Below, piece by piece: positions 24,075 through 36,027 of a stretch of 64,000 nt of DNA. The translations under genes and the position numbers were made by a program. The notes beneath the pieces are model-generated. The model was not told where the DNA came from, did not search any database, and saw only the letters and a list, made by a program, of their open reading frames with translations. Position 1 is the first letter of the stretch, and every line of letters begins with the position of its first letter. The stretch is from Lysobacter sp. Its GTDB lineage: Bacteria > Pseudomonadota > Gammaproteobacteria > Xanthomonadales > Xanthomonadaceae. The DNA lies in assembly GCA_035759805.1 (NCBI GenBank), contig DASTUE010000058.1, forward strand, positions 7,793 through 71,792. Direction: 5' to 3'.

Positions 24075-24818
24075 GTGCGCATCGATGTCATCAGCCTGTT
24101 CCCCGATTTCATCGCCCAGTGCGCCGCCTTTGGCGTGACCGGGCGGGCGATGGAGCGCGGACTGCTGTCCCTGCACGGCTGGAACCCGCGCGACCATGCC
24201 GAAGGCAGTTACCGCCGGGTCGATGACCGTCCGTTCGGCGGCGGCCCGGGCATGGTGATGCTGATCGATCCGCTGCGCGCCGCCCTTCGCGCCGCCCGCG
24301 ACGCCGACCCGGCGCCCGTCCGGACGATCTACCTGACCCCGCAGGGCGCGCCGCTGACGCAGGCCAAGGTGCACGAGCTGGCCGGGCGCGGGCGCATCCT
24401 CCTGCTGTGCGGCCGGTACGAAGGAATCGACGAGCGCCTGGTCGAAGCCGAGGTCGACGAGGAAATCTCGATCGGCGACTACGTGCTATCCGGTGGTGAA
24501 CTGGGCGCGGCGGTGATCATCGATGCGGTGGCGCGGTTGCAGGAAGGCGCGTTGAACGATGCCGATTCGGCGGCGCAGGACAGCTTCGAGAACGGCCTGC
24601 TGGACTGCCCCCATTACACCCGCCCGGTCGAGCACGAACTGGGCGCCGTGCCGCCGGTGCTGATGTCCGGCAATCACGCGGAGATCGCGCGCTGGCGGCG
24701 GCAGCAGTCGCTGGTGCGGACCTGGCAACGGCGCCCCGAGCTGCTGGACGGGGTCGATCTTTCACCCGCCGATCGGCAGTTTCTTGCCGGTGTGAAAGGT
24801 GCTGGCCGCCACGGGTAA
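24075..24818 (+). CDS. trmD: tRNA (guanine-N1)-methyltransferase
   Basis: [40 protein letters not shown]. Confidence 0.97.
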   Translation: MRIDVISLFPDFIAQCAAFGVTGRAMERGLLSLHGWNPRDHAEGSYRRVDDRPFGGGPGMVMLIDPLRAALRAARDADPAPVRTIYLTPQGAPLTQAKVHELAGRGRILLLCGRYEGIDERLVEAEVDEEISIGDYVLSGGELGAAVIIDAVARLQEGALNDADSAAQDSFENGLLDCPHYTRPVEHELGAVPPVLMSGNHAEIARWRRQQSLVRTWQRRPELLDGVDLSPADRQFLAGVKGAGRHG

Positions 24819-24861
24819 GGCGGGCGCATGCGTGCATCGAAGTGACTTGCATGGCGGCAAT

Positions 24862-25007
24862 GGTGCATTTGCCAATGCACCCTACATTCGACCGCGGTGC
24901 GTAGGGTGCATTGCCAAATGCGCCACCACCCGACGCACAAGGCCCCGATCGCGACGAACGCCCCAGCGGCTCCACAAGGAAACGTAGGGTGCATTGCCAA
25001 ATGCACC
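24862..25007. repeat. Cluster of three GTAG-family REPs
   Basis: GTAGGGTGCATTG(G/C)CAAATGC(A/G)CC at 24862-24885 (-), 24901-24924 (+) and 24984-25007 (+). Confidence 0.85.
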
Positions 25008-25185
25008 GCCCGCCCGGCGCCGTGAGGTCGCGGTCGGCATGAACGTCCGATAGGCCTGGACCGGCGAGCAATCCGGGATTGGCTTTGCCGGCGGATTTCC
25101 CGCTATAATTCCGCGCTTAGCTGTAACCACGCCAGACGCGGGTCCACGTGCACTCGCGCTACAACTACTCCAACAGGCCGCACCC

Positions 25186-25614
25186 ATGAACAAGCCCTCG
25201 ATCCACACGCTGCTGCAGAACTTCGAATCCGAGCAGATCGTCCGCGAACTGCCCGCTTTCGGCCCCGGCGACACCATCGTCGTCAACGTCAAGGTCAAGG
25301 AAGGTACGCGCGAGCGCGTCCAGGCCTATGAAGGCGTGGTCATTGCGAAGAAGAACAGCGGCCTGAATTCCGCGTTCACTGTCCGCAAGATCTCCCACGG
25401 CTTCGGCGTCGAGCGCGTGTTCCAGTCGCACAGCGCGGTCATCGACTCGGTCGAAGTCAAGCGCCGCGGCAAGGTCCGGGCGGGCAAGTTGTACTACCTG
25501 CGCGGCCTGGAAGGCAAGAAGGCGCGCATCAAGGAAGATCTCGCCGGCGCGGCCAAGTTCAAGGCCGAGGCGAAGGCCGCCGCTGCTGCCGCAGAGACCG
25601 AAGCCGCCAAGTAA
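25186..25614 (+). CDS. rplS: 50S ribosomal protein L19
   Basis: [30 protein letters not shown]. Confidence 0.98.
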   Translation: MNKPSIHTLLQNFESEQIVRELPAFGPGDTIVVNVKVKEGTRERVQAYEGVVIAKKNSGLNSAFTVRKISHGFGVERVFQSHSAVIDSVEVKRRGKVRAGKLYYLRGLEGKKARIKEDLAGAAKFKAEAKAAAAAAETEAAK

Positions 25615-25668
25615 TTCCGGATCGGCTTCCGCTCGGGGCTTCTTGCCCGGGCGCTGTTGATCCAGCGA

Positions 25669-25698
25669 CAGGAAAGCCACCTCCGGGTGGCTTTCCTG
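25669..25698. terminator. Terminator hairpin after rplS
   Basis: CAGGAAAGCCACC-TCCG-GGTGGCTTTCCTG. Confidence 0.75.
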
Positions 25699-25798
25699 CA
25701 TTCCGGCCTCGCATTTGTGGTGCCGGCATTTTCGGCGCCGCGTGCCGTCTGCGGGGCGATACTCCGTTCTGCTTCCGCCCTGATATGTACTGCCTGCA

Positions 25799-26218
25799 AT
25801 GACCCGGTCCGCTTCTTCCGTAACAACAACGCCCGCCACGGTGCGCCTCGACCTGTGGTTGTGGGCCGCGAGGTTCTACAGGAACCGGGCGCTGTCGAAG
25901 CAGGCGATCGAGACCGGCAAGGTCGAGGTGGACGGCCAGCGCGCCAAGGCTTCGCGCGCGGTGAAGGTCGGTGACGCGCTGAAGATCACGCGGGCCGAGG
26001 AGACGTTCCTGGTGACGGTGCTGGCGCTGAGTGCCAAGCGCGGGGCGGCCGTTGTGGCGCAGGGGCTGTACGAGGAATCAGGGGCATCGCGGCTGGCCCG
26101 GGATGAAGCCCGGGCCCTGCGCGCGGCCGCGCGTACCGGCTATGAAGCGCCCAGGACCAAACCGGACAAGCGGGCCCGGCGACTGATCCGGGCCCTGGGC
26201 GATATCGACGCGCTGTAG
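25799..26218 (+). CDS. hslR: Ribosome-associated heat shock protein Hsp15 (S4 domain)
   Basis: VRLDLWLWAARFY, KPDKRARR. Confidence 0.9.
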   Translation: MTRSASSVTTTPATVRLDLWLWAARFYRNRALSKQAIETGKVEVDGQRAKASRAVKVGDALKITRAEETFLVTVLALSAKRGAAVVAQGLYEESGASRLARDEARALRAAARTGYEAPRTKPDKRARRLIRALGDIDAL

Positions 26219-26338
26219 GGCAGGCGAATCGGGGAGGCTGCGCGGCGGCCTCCCGTCGAAGTGCGTTCCGTCCGAACTTTCCTGCGAGAACTCCTGCGGA
26301 AGCCTTCGGCAAGAACGCCGGCAGGCAGGAGCAAGCGG

Positions 26339-26935
26339 TCAGCGCTTTCCGCCGAACAGCGATCCGCCGATCTTCAGCAGGTCGGACAGTCCGGTCACGC
26401 CGTCCCCGTCCTGATCGAGCACCGCACCGAGCAGGCCGCCACCGATGCCGCCCTGCTGGCGGATCTGCTGCTGTTCCTGGCCCAGCAGGCCGCCGAGCGC
26501 CTGCGGGGTCGCCGTCGCGCCGCCGCTGCTCATCTGCTTGGCGAGGAACGCCATCACCAGCGGTGCAAGCATCTTCAGCAGCGCACCGGCACGGTCGCCA
26601 TCCAGTCCGGTGGCCGCGCCCAGGCCCTGCGCGGCGGTCTGCTGTCGCGCGCCGAGCACATGGCCGAGGATGTCGCCGCCGTTGCCACCGCCACCCATCA
26701 CGGCACCCAGCACACTGCCGAGATCGAGCCCGCTGTGATCGCGCTGCAGTGCGCCCAGGAGCTGTTGCGCGCCCTGCGGCTGGCTGGCGTTGCGGCCCAG
26801 CGCACCCATCAGCAGGGGCAGCGCCGCCGATACCGCGCCGGAGGTCTGCTCTGGGCTGAGCCCGAGTTGCTGGCTCATCTGGGCCATCGGCTGGCCTTGC
26901 AACTGCTGCAGGAGGTCGTTGGTGAGGGAGGTCAT
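26339..26935 (-). CDS. DUF937-family protein
   Basis: ALPLLMGAL, GGDILGHVLG, LLKMLAPLVM, LDQDGDG. Confidence 0.8.
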   Translation of the reverse strand: MTSLTNDLLQQLQGQPMAQMSQQLGLSPEQTSGAVSAALPLLMGALGRNASQPQGAQQLLGALQRDHSGLDLGSVLGAVMGGGGNGGDILGHVLGARQQTAAQGLGAATGLDGDRAGALLKMLAPLVMAFLAKQMSSGGATATPQALGGLLGQEQQQIRQQGGIGGGLLGAVLDQDGDGVTGLSDLLKIGGSLFGGKR

Positions 26936-27051
26936 GGGGGTGCCGTCACGATTGAGGGGAGGACTGATCCTAGCGGCAAATGCTGGCGGTGGCGTCGACC
27001 TGCCTGGCGAAGGACATCCTTGGCGAAAGGGTCGGCTCTCCAGGCTTCCGC

Positions 27052-29682
27052 TTACTGCAGCGCCTTGATCCGGTACAGCGCTTCCAGTGCCTGCCTGGGC
27101 GTCAGCTCATCGGGGTCCAGCGTTGCCAGTGCGTCCAGTGCGGCGGAGCGGGGCGCGAACAGGCCAATCTGCTGGGGCTGGTCGAGCGCGTCGGCGGACA
27201 TCGCGGGCTTTGGCGCGTCGCGGCTTTCCTGCTCCAGTTCCGCCAGCCGGCCACGTGCCTGGCCGATCACCGATTTCGGCAGCCCGGCCAGCGCGGCCAC
27301 CTGCAAACCGTAGCTGCGGTTGGCCGGGCCGTCCTTCACCGCGTGCATGAACACCAGTGTCTCGCCGCCTGCCTTGTCGTGATGTTCCACCGCGTCCAGA
27401 TGCACGTTGGCGATGCCGCTGCCGGGCTCGGCGAGGGTGGTCAGTTCGAAATAGTGGGTCGCGAACAGGGTGTGGGAGCGGTTGCTGCCGGCGAGGTGGC
27501 GCGCGCAGGCCTCGGCCAGTGCCAGGCCGTCGTAGGTCGAGGTGCCGCGGCCGATCTCGTCCATCAGCACCAGCGACTGCGCGGTGGCGTGATGCAGGAT
27601 GTAGCTGGTCTCGCTCATCTCGACCATGAAGGTCGACTGCCCGCGCGCGAGGTCGTCGCCGGCGCCGATCCGGGTCAGGATGCGGTCGATCGGGCCGATC
27701 ACCGCGCGCGAGGCAGGCACGAAGCTGCCGATGTGGGCGAGCAGCACGATCAGCGCGTTTTGCCGCATGTAGGTGCTCTTGCCGCCCATGTTCGGGCCGG
27801 TGATGACCAGCATCCGCCGGTCCTCGTGCAGCACCAGGTCGTTGGGCTCGAATGGCTCGCTGCGCACCGCTTCCACGACCGGATGGCGGCCGCGCTCGAT
27901 CCGGATGCCGGCTTCGTTGGACAGCTGGGGGCACGACCAGTCCAGCGCCTGCGCGCGTTCGGCCAGGCAGGCCAGCACGTCGAGTTCGGCCAGCGCGGCG
28001 GCGCAGCGTTTCAGCGGCTCCAGTCGTCCGCCGAGCTGGTCGAGCAGTTGCTCGTACAACAGCCGCTCGCGCGCCAGCGAACGCTCGCGCGCCGACAGCA
28101 CCTTGTCCTCGAAGGTCTTGAGCTCCTCGGTGATGTAGCGCTCGGCGTTGGTGAGGGTCTGGCGGCGGGTGTAATGGGTCGGCGCCTTGGCGGCGTGGGC
28201 CTTGCTGACTTCCAGGTAATAGCCGTGCACGCGGTTGTAGCCGACCTTCAGGGTCGGGATGCCGCTGGCCTGGCGCTCGCGGGTTTCCAGATCGACGAGG
28301 AACTGGTCGGCCGTGCTCGACAGCGCGCGCAGCTCGTCGAGCTCCGCGTCGTAGCCTTCGCTGAACACACCGCCGTCGCGGGCCAGCACCGGCGGCTGCT
28401 CGACGATCGCGGACTGCAGCAGGTGCGCGTATTCGTCGTGTTCACCCAGTTCGGCGGTCAGTGCGTTGAGCAGGGGCGAATCCAGCGGTGCCAGTACGCC
28501 TCGCAGGCCCGGCAGCAGGCCGAGTCCGTCGCGCAGGGTCGACAGGTCGCGCGGGCGGGCGCTGCGCAAAGCGATGCGGGTCAGGATGCGCTCCAGGTCT
28601 CCCAGGGCACGGAAACGCTCGCGCAACGCCTGCTCCGCGTTGGAGGCGGAAGCGTCGCCGGCCGCCGATTCGATCAGGGTCTCGACCGCGTGGTGGCGTT
28701 GGCGCAGGACGCTCTGGTCGCGCAACGGGCGATGCAGCCAGCGTCGCAGCAGGCGGCCGCCCATCGGGGTCACGGTCGAGTCGAGCACGCCGAGCAGGGT
28801 GTGCTTGCTGTCGCCGTCGATGCGCGAATCGAGTTCGAGATGGCGGCGGGTGGCGGCGTTCATCGCGATCGCCCCGTCGCCGGATTCCACCGCGATGGAG
28901 GTGAGATGTGGCAGGCGCTGCTTCTGGGTCTCCTCGACGTAACCGAGCAGGGCGGCGGCCGCGGAGATCGCCAGTGGTTTGCCGTCCAGGCCGAAGCCCG
29001 ACAGGTCGTGCAGGCCGAAGAACCTGAGCAATTGGCGGCGGCCGCTGTCGGCGTCGAACAGCCACGGTGCGCGCCGACGCAGGCCGCTGCGTTCGGACAC
29101 GAACGCCGGCCAGCCCTCCTCGTCGGCGCACAGGGTTTCCGCTGGTTCCAGCCGTGCCAGCTCGGCCTCCAGCGCGTCGTCGCTGGTCACCTCGTTGACG
29201 AGGAACCGGCCGCCCGCCAGATCGGCCCAGGCGATGCCGTAGCCGTGCCTGTTGCGCGAGAGCGCCAGCAGCAAGGTGTCCCGGCGCTCGCTCAGCAGGG
29301 CCTCGTCGGTGACCGTTCCCGGCGTGACGATGCGCACCACCTTGCGCTCGACCAGGCCCTTGCTGGTGGCCGGATCGCCGATCTGCTCGCAGATCGCCAC
29401 CGACTCGCCCAACGCCACCAGCCGCGCCAGATAGCCCTCGGCCGCGTGGTGCGGCACGCCGGCCATCGGGATCGGCTGCCCGGCCGAGTTGCCGCGCTGG
29501 GTCAGGGTGATGTCGAGCAACCGGGCGGCCTTGCGGGCGTCGTCGTAGAACAGCTCGTAGAAATCGCCCATGCGGAAGAACAGCAGCACGTCGGGGTGTT
29601 CCGACTTGGCCGCAAAAAATTGGCGCATCAGCGGGGTATGGGCATCGACGTTCAGGGCGGCTGCGGTGTTCGTATTGGGCAC
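27052..29682 (-). CDS. mutS: DNA mismatch repair protein MutS
   Basis: [36 protein letters not shown]; start approximate (GTG 29682). Confidence 0.97.
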   Translation of the reverse strand: MPNTNTAAALNVDAHTPLMRQFFAAKSEHPDVLLFFRMGDFYELFYDDARKAARLLDITLTQRGNSAGQPIPMAGVPHHAAEGYLARLVALGESVAICEQIGDPATSKGLVERKVVRIVTPGTVTDEALLSERRDTLLLALSRNRHGYGIAWADLAGGRFLVNEVTSDDALEAELARLEPAETLCADEEGWPAFVSERSGLRRRAPWLFDADSGRRQLLRFFGLHDLSGFGLDGKPLAISAAAALLGYVEETQKQRLPHLTSIAVESGDGAIAMNAATRRHLELDSRIDGDSKHTLLGVLDSTVTPMGGRLLRRWLHRPLRDQSVLRQRHHAVETLIESAAGDASASNAEQALRERFRALGDLERILTRIALRSARPRDLSTLRDGLGLLPGLRGVLAPLDSPLLNALTAELGEHDEYAHLLQSAIVEQPPVLARDGGVFSEGYDAELDELRALSSTADQFLVDLETRERQASGIPTLKVGYNRVHGYYLEVSKAHAAKAPTHYTRRQTLTNAERYITEELKTFEDKVLSARERSLARERLLYEQLLDQLGGRLEPLKRCAAALAELDVLACLAERAQALDWSCPQLSNEAGIRIERGRHPVVEAVRSEPFEPNDLVLHEDRRMLVITGPNMGGKSTYMRQNALIVLLAHIGSFVPASRAVIGPIDRILTRIGAGDDLARGQSTFMVEMSETSYILHHATAQSLVLMDEIGRGTSTYDGLALAEACARHLAGSNRSHTLFATHYFELTTLAEPGSGIANVHLDAVEHHDKAGGETLVFMHAVKDGPANRSYGLQVAALAGLPKSVIGQARGRLAELEQESRDAPKPAMSADALDQPQQIGLFAPRSAALDALATLDPDELTPRQALEALYRIKALQ

Positions 29683-29949
29683 GGAATTCAACGGTCTGGA
29701 GGTGGGGTCCGGCGGGCAGTCGAGGCGACCGGCCGTGGATCGGCAAGTATGCCAGCCGCCTGTCGACATCCCGGTTCGGGCGGGCACCGTTCCATCGCGT
29801 ATGGAACATGCTACGTTCCACCAGCGGGTTGCCCTCAACGCCGCCACAGGCCGAAGTCCCCCACGTCGGCCAGTGGCAGGGGAAGCCCGTCCATTGCCGC
29901 CATCGACATGGCGAGCGCTTGATCTGATTGCCACTTGGGAGGGGACACC

Positions 29950-32562
29950 ATGGGAATTGCAAGGCCTGCACGTACGTTGCTTGCATCGGCGGTAATGGTT
30001 GCATTGGCCACGTTGAACATCGCGCCGGTCATGGCGCAGGACGCTTCGCAGGCACCGGCGTCGACGACGCCTGCGGAAAATGAGCGCACCACCACGCTGT
30101 CGAGCCTGACGGTGACCGCGCAGAAGCGCGAGGAGGCGCTGCAGGACGTGCCGATCGTGATCAACGTGCTCGACGAGCAGTTGCTGCAGGACGTCGGCGT
30201 GCATGACATCAAGGACATGCAGGTGCTGGTCCCCGGCCTCACGGTCACCAGCACCCAGAGCGCGGCGCAGACCACCGCACGCATCCGTGGCATCGGTACC
30301 GTTGGCGACAACGCGGGCCTGGAGTCGTCGGTCGGCGTGGTGATCGACGGGGTCTACCGCTCGCGCAACAGTGTCGGCTTCGGCGACCTGGGCGAGGTGG
30401 AGCGCATCGAGGTGCTCAAGGGCCCACAGGGCACCGTGTTCGGCAAGAACACCTCGGCGGGCGTGATCAACGTCATCACCCGCAAGCCCAGCTACACCCA
30501 GAGCGCCGAGGCCGAGCTGACCGTAGGTAACCTCGGTCTGGTCGGCGTGTCCGGCTCGTACAACGACGCGCTGGGTGAGAACGCCGCGTTCCGCGTATTC
30601 GCCAGCAAGCGCAAGCGCGACGGGGTCGACGACGTCAAGTTCGGCGCCGGTCCGCGCACCGAGGACGACGACGGCGACCAGAACTACCACACCTTCCGCG
30701 GCCAGCTGCTGCTGGAGCCGACCGACAACCTGTCGATCAACTTCGTCGGCGATTTCAGCAGCCGCGAAGAGAACTGCTGCGTCACCGTGACCACCGACCG
30801 TGGCCCGACCGCGGCGATCATCAACGCGCTGACCCCGGGCGGTGAGGGCGTGATCCCGGTGGTCGACCTGGACCGCCGGTTGGGCTATGCCAACCGGCCG
30901 ACCACCCAGGACCTGAAGGACAAGGGCGTGGCGATGAATATCGACTGGGAGACGCCGTGGGCCGGTGGCGCCACGCTCAGCTCGATCACCGCAGTCCGCG
31001 ACTGGAAGGCCATCAACGGCCTGGACTTCGACTACAGCGCCGCCGACATCCTCTATCGCGCGCCCGATGCCGACGAGTCCCTGACCCATTTCGAGACCTT
31101 CAGCCAGGAGCTCAGGTTGACCGGTGCGAGCGATCGGGTCGACTGGATGGTCGGGTTGTTCTATTCCGATGAGGATCTGAACCGGAACGATTCCTACCGC
31201 TTCGGTCCGGCGTATGAGCCCTACCTGTCGACCCTGGTCGGCAGCCAGGTCCTGGCCGGCATGGCCGCGCAGCTGGCGCCTATGGGACTGACGGTGAACA
31301 TGGCCAATCCGGCGCTGTTCCTGTCGCAGGTCAGCGGCAAGCCCTTCGGCACCAACTACACCGGCCTGGCCTCGCTGGACCGCCACAAGCAGAACGCGCG
31401 CAGCACCGCGATCTTCACCAACAACACCTTCCACGCCACCGATCAGCTGGATATCACCGTGGGCCTGCGTTACACCCACGAGAAGAAGGACCTGCACTCG
31501 GTCTATGACAACCCGAACGGCAGTGTCGGTTGCGGGGCGACGCTGGCCAATCCGGCGGCACGCGTCGGCGGTGCGCTCGCCGGACGGATCAACGGCTTCA
31601 ACACCTTGCCGCCGGCGATGCAGGGGCAGATCCTGGCAGGCCTGGTGCCCGCGGTCGCGCCAACCGTCGCCGGTTACATGTGCCTGCCGTGGGCCAATAT
31701 CGCCCACGACGGTCGCGACGTGAAGCAGTCGCGCACCGAGAAGGAGTGGTCGGGCACGTTCAAGCTGGCCTACAACTGGTCCGATGACGTGATGACCTAC
31801 GCCTCGGCGGCCCGCGGCTACAAGGCCGGCGGCTTCAACCTCGACCGGGTGCAGTCGTCCAACGGCCTGTCCAGCGGCGTGCAGGGCATCACCCCGGTGG
31901 ACGACACCTCGTTCCCGGGCGAGTTCGTCGACAGCTACGAGTTGGGCCTGAAGACCAACTGGATGGGCGGCAACATGCTGTTCAACGCGGCGCTGTTCTA
32001 CCAGAAGTACAGCGACTTCCAGCTCAACAGCTTCCTGGGCACCAGCTTCGTGGTGCGCTCGATCCCCGAGGTGGTGTCGCAGGGCGTCGAGGCCGACGTG
32101 ATGTGGCAGACGGCGGTGCCGGGCCTGAGCATGCAGGGCGGCCTGACCTACGCGCAGACCGAATACGGCAACGACCTGTTGCCCGATGCCGATCTCGTGT
32201 TGCTGCCGGGCAACACCATGAGCTTTGCTCCGCGCTGGTCCGGCAATGCCTCGGTGACCTACGAGTGGGACATGGGGGCGGATCTGCTGGGCCGCTTCAA
32301 TATCGGCGGCAAGTACATGTCCGAGTTCAACACCGGCTCCGACCTGGACCCGCAGAAGAAGCAGGACGGTTTCGGGTTGCTTAACGCCCGCCTGGGCCTG
32401 GGCCGCCAGGACAAGCGCTGGATGGTCGAGGTCTGGGGCCAGAACCTGACCAACGAGACCTACAAGCAGGTCGGCATCGACGCGCCGATCCAGCCGGGCT
32501 CGTGGAACGCGTTCCTGGGTGCGCCGCGGATGTACGGCATGACGCTGCGCGTGCGCTACTGA
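29950..32562 (+). CDS. TonB-dependent outer-membrane receptor
   Basis: Signal peptide, TonB box LTVTAQKRE, plug motif [17 protein letters not shown]-terminal [19 protein letters not shown]. Confidence 0.95.
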   Translation: MGIARPARTLLASAVMVALATLNIAPVMAQDASQAPASTTPAENERTTTLSSLTVTAQKREEALQDVPIVINVLDEQLLQDVGVHDIKDMQVLVPGLTVTSTQSAAQTTARIRGIGTVGDNAGLESSVGVVIDGVYRSRNSVGFGDLGEVERIEVLKGPQGTVFGKNTSAGVINVITRKPSYTQSAEAELTVGNLGLVGVSGSYNDALGENAAFRVFASKRKRDGVDDVKFGAGPRTEDDDGDQNYHTFRGQLLLEPTDNLSINFVGDFSSREENCCVTVTTDRGPTAAIINALTPGGEGVIPVVDLDRRLGYANRPTTQDLKDKGVAMNIDWETPWAGGATLSSITAVRDWKAINGLDFDYSAADILYRAPDADESLTHFETFSQELRLTGASDRVDWMVGLFYSDEDLNRNDSYRFGPAYEPYLSTLVGSQVLAGMAAQLAPMGLTVNMANPALFLSQVSGKPFGTNYTGLASLDRHKQNARSTAIFTNNTFHATDQLDITVGLRYTHEKKDLHSVYDNPNGSVGCGATLANPAARVGGALAGRINGFNTLPPAMQGQILAGLVPAVAPTVAGYMCLPWANIAHDGRDVKQSRTEKEWSGTFKLAYNWSDDVMTYASAARGYKAGGFNLDRVQSSNGLSSGVQGITPVDDTSFPGEFVDSYELGLKTNWMGGNMLFNAALFYQKYSDFQLNSFLGTSFVVRSIPEVVSQGVEADVMWQTAVPGLSMQGGLTYAQTEYGNDLLPDADLVLLPGNTMSFAPRWSGNASVTYEWDMGADLLGRFNIGGKYMSEFNTGSDLDPQKKQDGFGLLNARLGLGRQDKRWMVEVWGQNLTNETYKQVGIDAPIQPGSWNAFLGAPRMYGMTLRVRY

Positions 32563-32577
32563 TCCAGGGCTGACCAG

Positions 32578-32617
32578 CCGCCGCCTGCCGGGCTTCCGGC
32601 GGCGGCGGTTTTTTTTG
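32578..32617 (+). terminator. Rho-independent terminator
   Basis: CCGCCGCC..GGCGGCGG stem followed by a T run. Confidence 0.8.
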
Positions 32618-32691
32618 AGCGGAATTGTGTGGACGTTCCGGATGAGTGTGTCGCCTGGGTGCTTCCCCGAGGCGGGCGGTATAGTTCGCCG

Positions 32692-33192
32692 ATGAGCAAA
32701 GACGTCTCCGATACCGCGCTGCAGCGCCTCGCCGGGCAGGTCGCCAAGGCCGCGCTCCAGCACCATCACCACCTGGTGACCGCCGAGAGCTGCACCGGCG
32801 GCTGGATCGCCAAGACCCTGACCGATATCCCCGGCTCCTCGGAGTGGTTCGAGTGCGGCATGGCGGCCTACAGCTACGAGGCCAAGCAGGCGATGCTCGG
32901 CGTGCAGGCCAGCACCCTGGAAGCGCATGGGGCGGTCAGCCGGGAAACCGCGATCGAGATGGTGTCGGGTGCGCTGGTGCACTCCGGTGGCAGCCTCGCG
33001 GTGGCGGTGACCGGTATCGCCGGCCCGGGGGGCGGCATCGAGGACAAGCCGGTTGGAACGGTCTGGATCGCCTGGAAACGCCGGGGCGGGTATCCCACCG
33101 CGCTGGTGTTCCATTTCGACGGTGACCGCGAGGCCGTGCGTCGCCAGACCGTCGCGGCGGCGCTGCATGGACTGCTGGACCTGGCCGCCTGA
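32692..33192 (+). CDS. cinA: CinA C-terminal domain protein (NMN deamidase, PncC-like)
   Basis: [34 protein letters not shown]. Confidence 0.92.
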   Translation: MSKDVSDTALQRLAGQVAKAALQHHHHLVTAESCTGGWIAKTLTDIPGSSEWFECGMAAYSYEAKQAMLGVQASTLEAHGAVSRETAIEMVSGALVHSGGSLAVAVTGIAGPGGGIEDKPVGTVWIAWKRRGGYPTALVFHFDGDREAVRRQTVAAALHGLLDLAA

Positions 33193-33244
33193 TTGCAGCG
33201 GTTGTGACAGTTGGTGGACAGGGCTTGCATCGGGATGAAGGTTG

Positions 33245-33263
33245 TTAGTAGTATTACTACTAA
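33245..33263. promoter_or_regulatory. Xanthomonadaceae-type LexA box
   Basis: 19-bp palindrome TTAGTAGTATTACTACTAA (TTAG-N11-CTAA) overlapping the -10 element and the lexA ATG. Confidence 0.9.
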
Positions 33264-33961
33264 TGAACGCACTGACCGATACCCAGCAAGCCATCCTCGC
33301 CCTGATCGGCGAACGCCTCGCGATTGAAGGCATGCCGCCGTCGCAAGCGGAAATCGCCCGCGCGATGGGTTTTTCGGGCGTGCGTGCGGCGCAATACCAC
33401 CTGGAAGCACTGGAAGAGGCGGGCGCCATCCGCCGGATTCCAGGCAAGGCGCGGGGGATACGCCTGCTGCATCCCGCACAGAATGACTCCCCGACATCGC
33501 TGGACTCCCTGCCGGACGCTGCGGAACCGGCATCCGGCAACGAGCCTGAAGCCGGGACGGCACGGGAGTCGGAAGAAGCATTGCGCTTGCCGATCCTCGG
33601 TCGGGTGGCCGCAGGCTCGCCGATCGGTGCGGATGCAGGCGTGGATGACTACGTGCTGCTCGATCGCAACATCTTTTTCCCGTCGCCGGACTACCTGCTC
33701 AAGGTGCAGGGCGACTCGATGCGCGACGAGGGCATCTTCGATGGCGACCTGATCGGCGTGCATCGCACTCCGGAGGCACGCAGTGGGCAGATCGTGGTGG
33801 CGCGCATCGACGACGAGATCACCGTCAAACTGCTGAAGATCGGCAAGGACCGCATCCGCCTGCTGCCACGCAATCCCGACTACCAGCCCATCGATGTCCA
33901 GCCCGACCAGGACTTCGCGATCGAAGGCCTGTACTGCGGACTGGTGCGTCGTGGCCGTTGA
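33263..33961 (+). CDS. lexA: SOS repressor LexA
   Basis: [15 protein letters not shown] cleavage site, GDSM, TVK. Confidence 0.96.
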   Translation: MNALTDTQQAILALIGERLAIEGMPPSQAEIARAMGFSGVRAAQYHLEALEEAGAIRRIPGKARGIRLLHPAQNDSPTSLDSLPDAAEPASGNEPEAGTARESEEALRLPILGRVAAGSPIGADAGVDDYVLLDRNIFFPSPDYLLKVQGDSMRDEGIFDGDLIGVHRTPEARSGQIVVARIDDEITVKLLKIGKDRIRLLPRNPDYQPIDVQPDQDFAIEGLYCGLVRRGR

Positions 33962-34136
33962 GCGCCACGTTGTTCCGACCCCCGGGGTGGTGTATTCCGA
34001 CCCCTGTCCGCGTGCCCGGCCGATACCCGGCGGCAGTCGTCGCGCCTAATTTCTTTACCCGGATCCCGGTCGCAACCTGTGCGACAGGCCCGAACTACCC
34101 TGGATGCACTCAACGATGGCAACAAGGAAAACCCCA

Positions 34137-35237
<1,101 letters not shown>

Positions 35238-35257
35238 TCCGGCAGCCATCTGAAGCG

Positions 35258-35809
35258 ATGCAGGACGACAGTTCCCACGATGCTGATGGGCCCGGGAGTG
35301 GCCTGTTTGATTCCGACCCGGCCGCAACGCCGGGTCGGCGCCGGAAGCGCGAGCCGGCGACGCCGTTGCAGCGCGCGCTGGGCCTGCTGGTCCGACGCGA
35401 GCATTCGCGCAAGGAACTCACGCGCAAGCTGACTTCGCGCGGGCTGGATGCCTCCGAGGTGGAGGCAGCGGTCGAAAAACTGGCCGACGCCGGCTGGCAG
35501 GACGACACCCGTTTCGCCGAGAGCCTGGTGCGCAACCGGGTCAGCGGCGGTTACGGCCCCCTCCATATCCGCGCCGAATTGCGTACCCATGGCTTGGACA
35601 GCGACGCGATTGCCGCTGCGCTGGAGATCTTCGAAGGCAATTGGACCGAGAACGCACGCGATCTGGTTCGCCGCCGCTATGGCGATTCGATCCCCGATGA
35701 TCTGGCGCTTCGCCGCAAGGCCGCCGACATGTTGATGCGCCGTGGATTCACTGGCGAGGTGGTCCAGGCGGCCACCCGGTACGACCCGGACGATCAGGGC
35801 TTTTCCTGA
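35258..35809 (+). CDS. recX: Recombination regulator RecX
   Basis: [26 protein letters not shown]; follows recA. Confidence 0.93.
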   Translation: MQDDSSHDADGPGSGLFDSDPAATPGRRRKREPATPLQRALGLLVRREHSRKELTRKLTSRGLDASEVEAAVEKLADAGWQDDTRFAESLVRNRVSGGYGPLHIRAELRTHGLDSDAIAAALEIFEGNWTENARDLVRRRYGDSIPDDLALRRKAADMLMRRGFTGEVVQAATRYDPDDQGFS

Positions 35810-36027
35810 GCCGGTGAGCCGGATCAGGGTGTGCGCTGGCGTGTCTGGCCGCGCGGATGAGAATCCCCCAGGTACCTGGAACCCGGGACGTTCCCATGCG
35901 ACGCCAAAATGGCTCCCCTGATACGCTAAGCGGCTTTCCGCAGTTGCCTCCGCTGCCGATCGTCGCCATTGTGCGGGGATCGGTGCGGCGATGGCCTGCA
36001 CAGCCCTTTCGACTTCCCGTGCCAGGC

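Noticed and set aside
24862..25007. Possible mini CRISPR array
   Set aside because: Mixed orientation, irregular spacing, GTAG heads and no cas genes; these are REPs.
27052..33540. 2162-aa ORF ending in MutS
   Set aside because: Only the last ~876 aa are MutS; the rest is antisense shadow of the TonB receptor, cinA and lexA in high-GC DNA.
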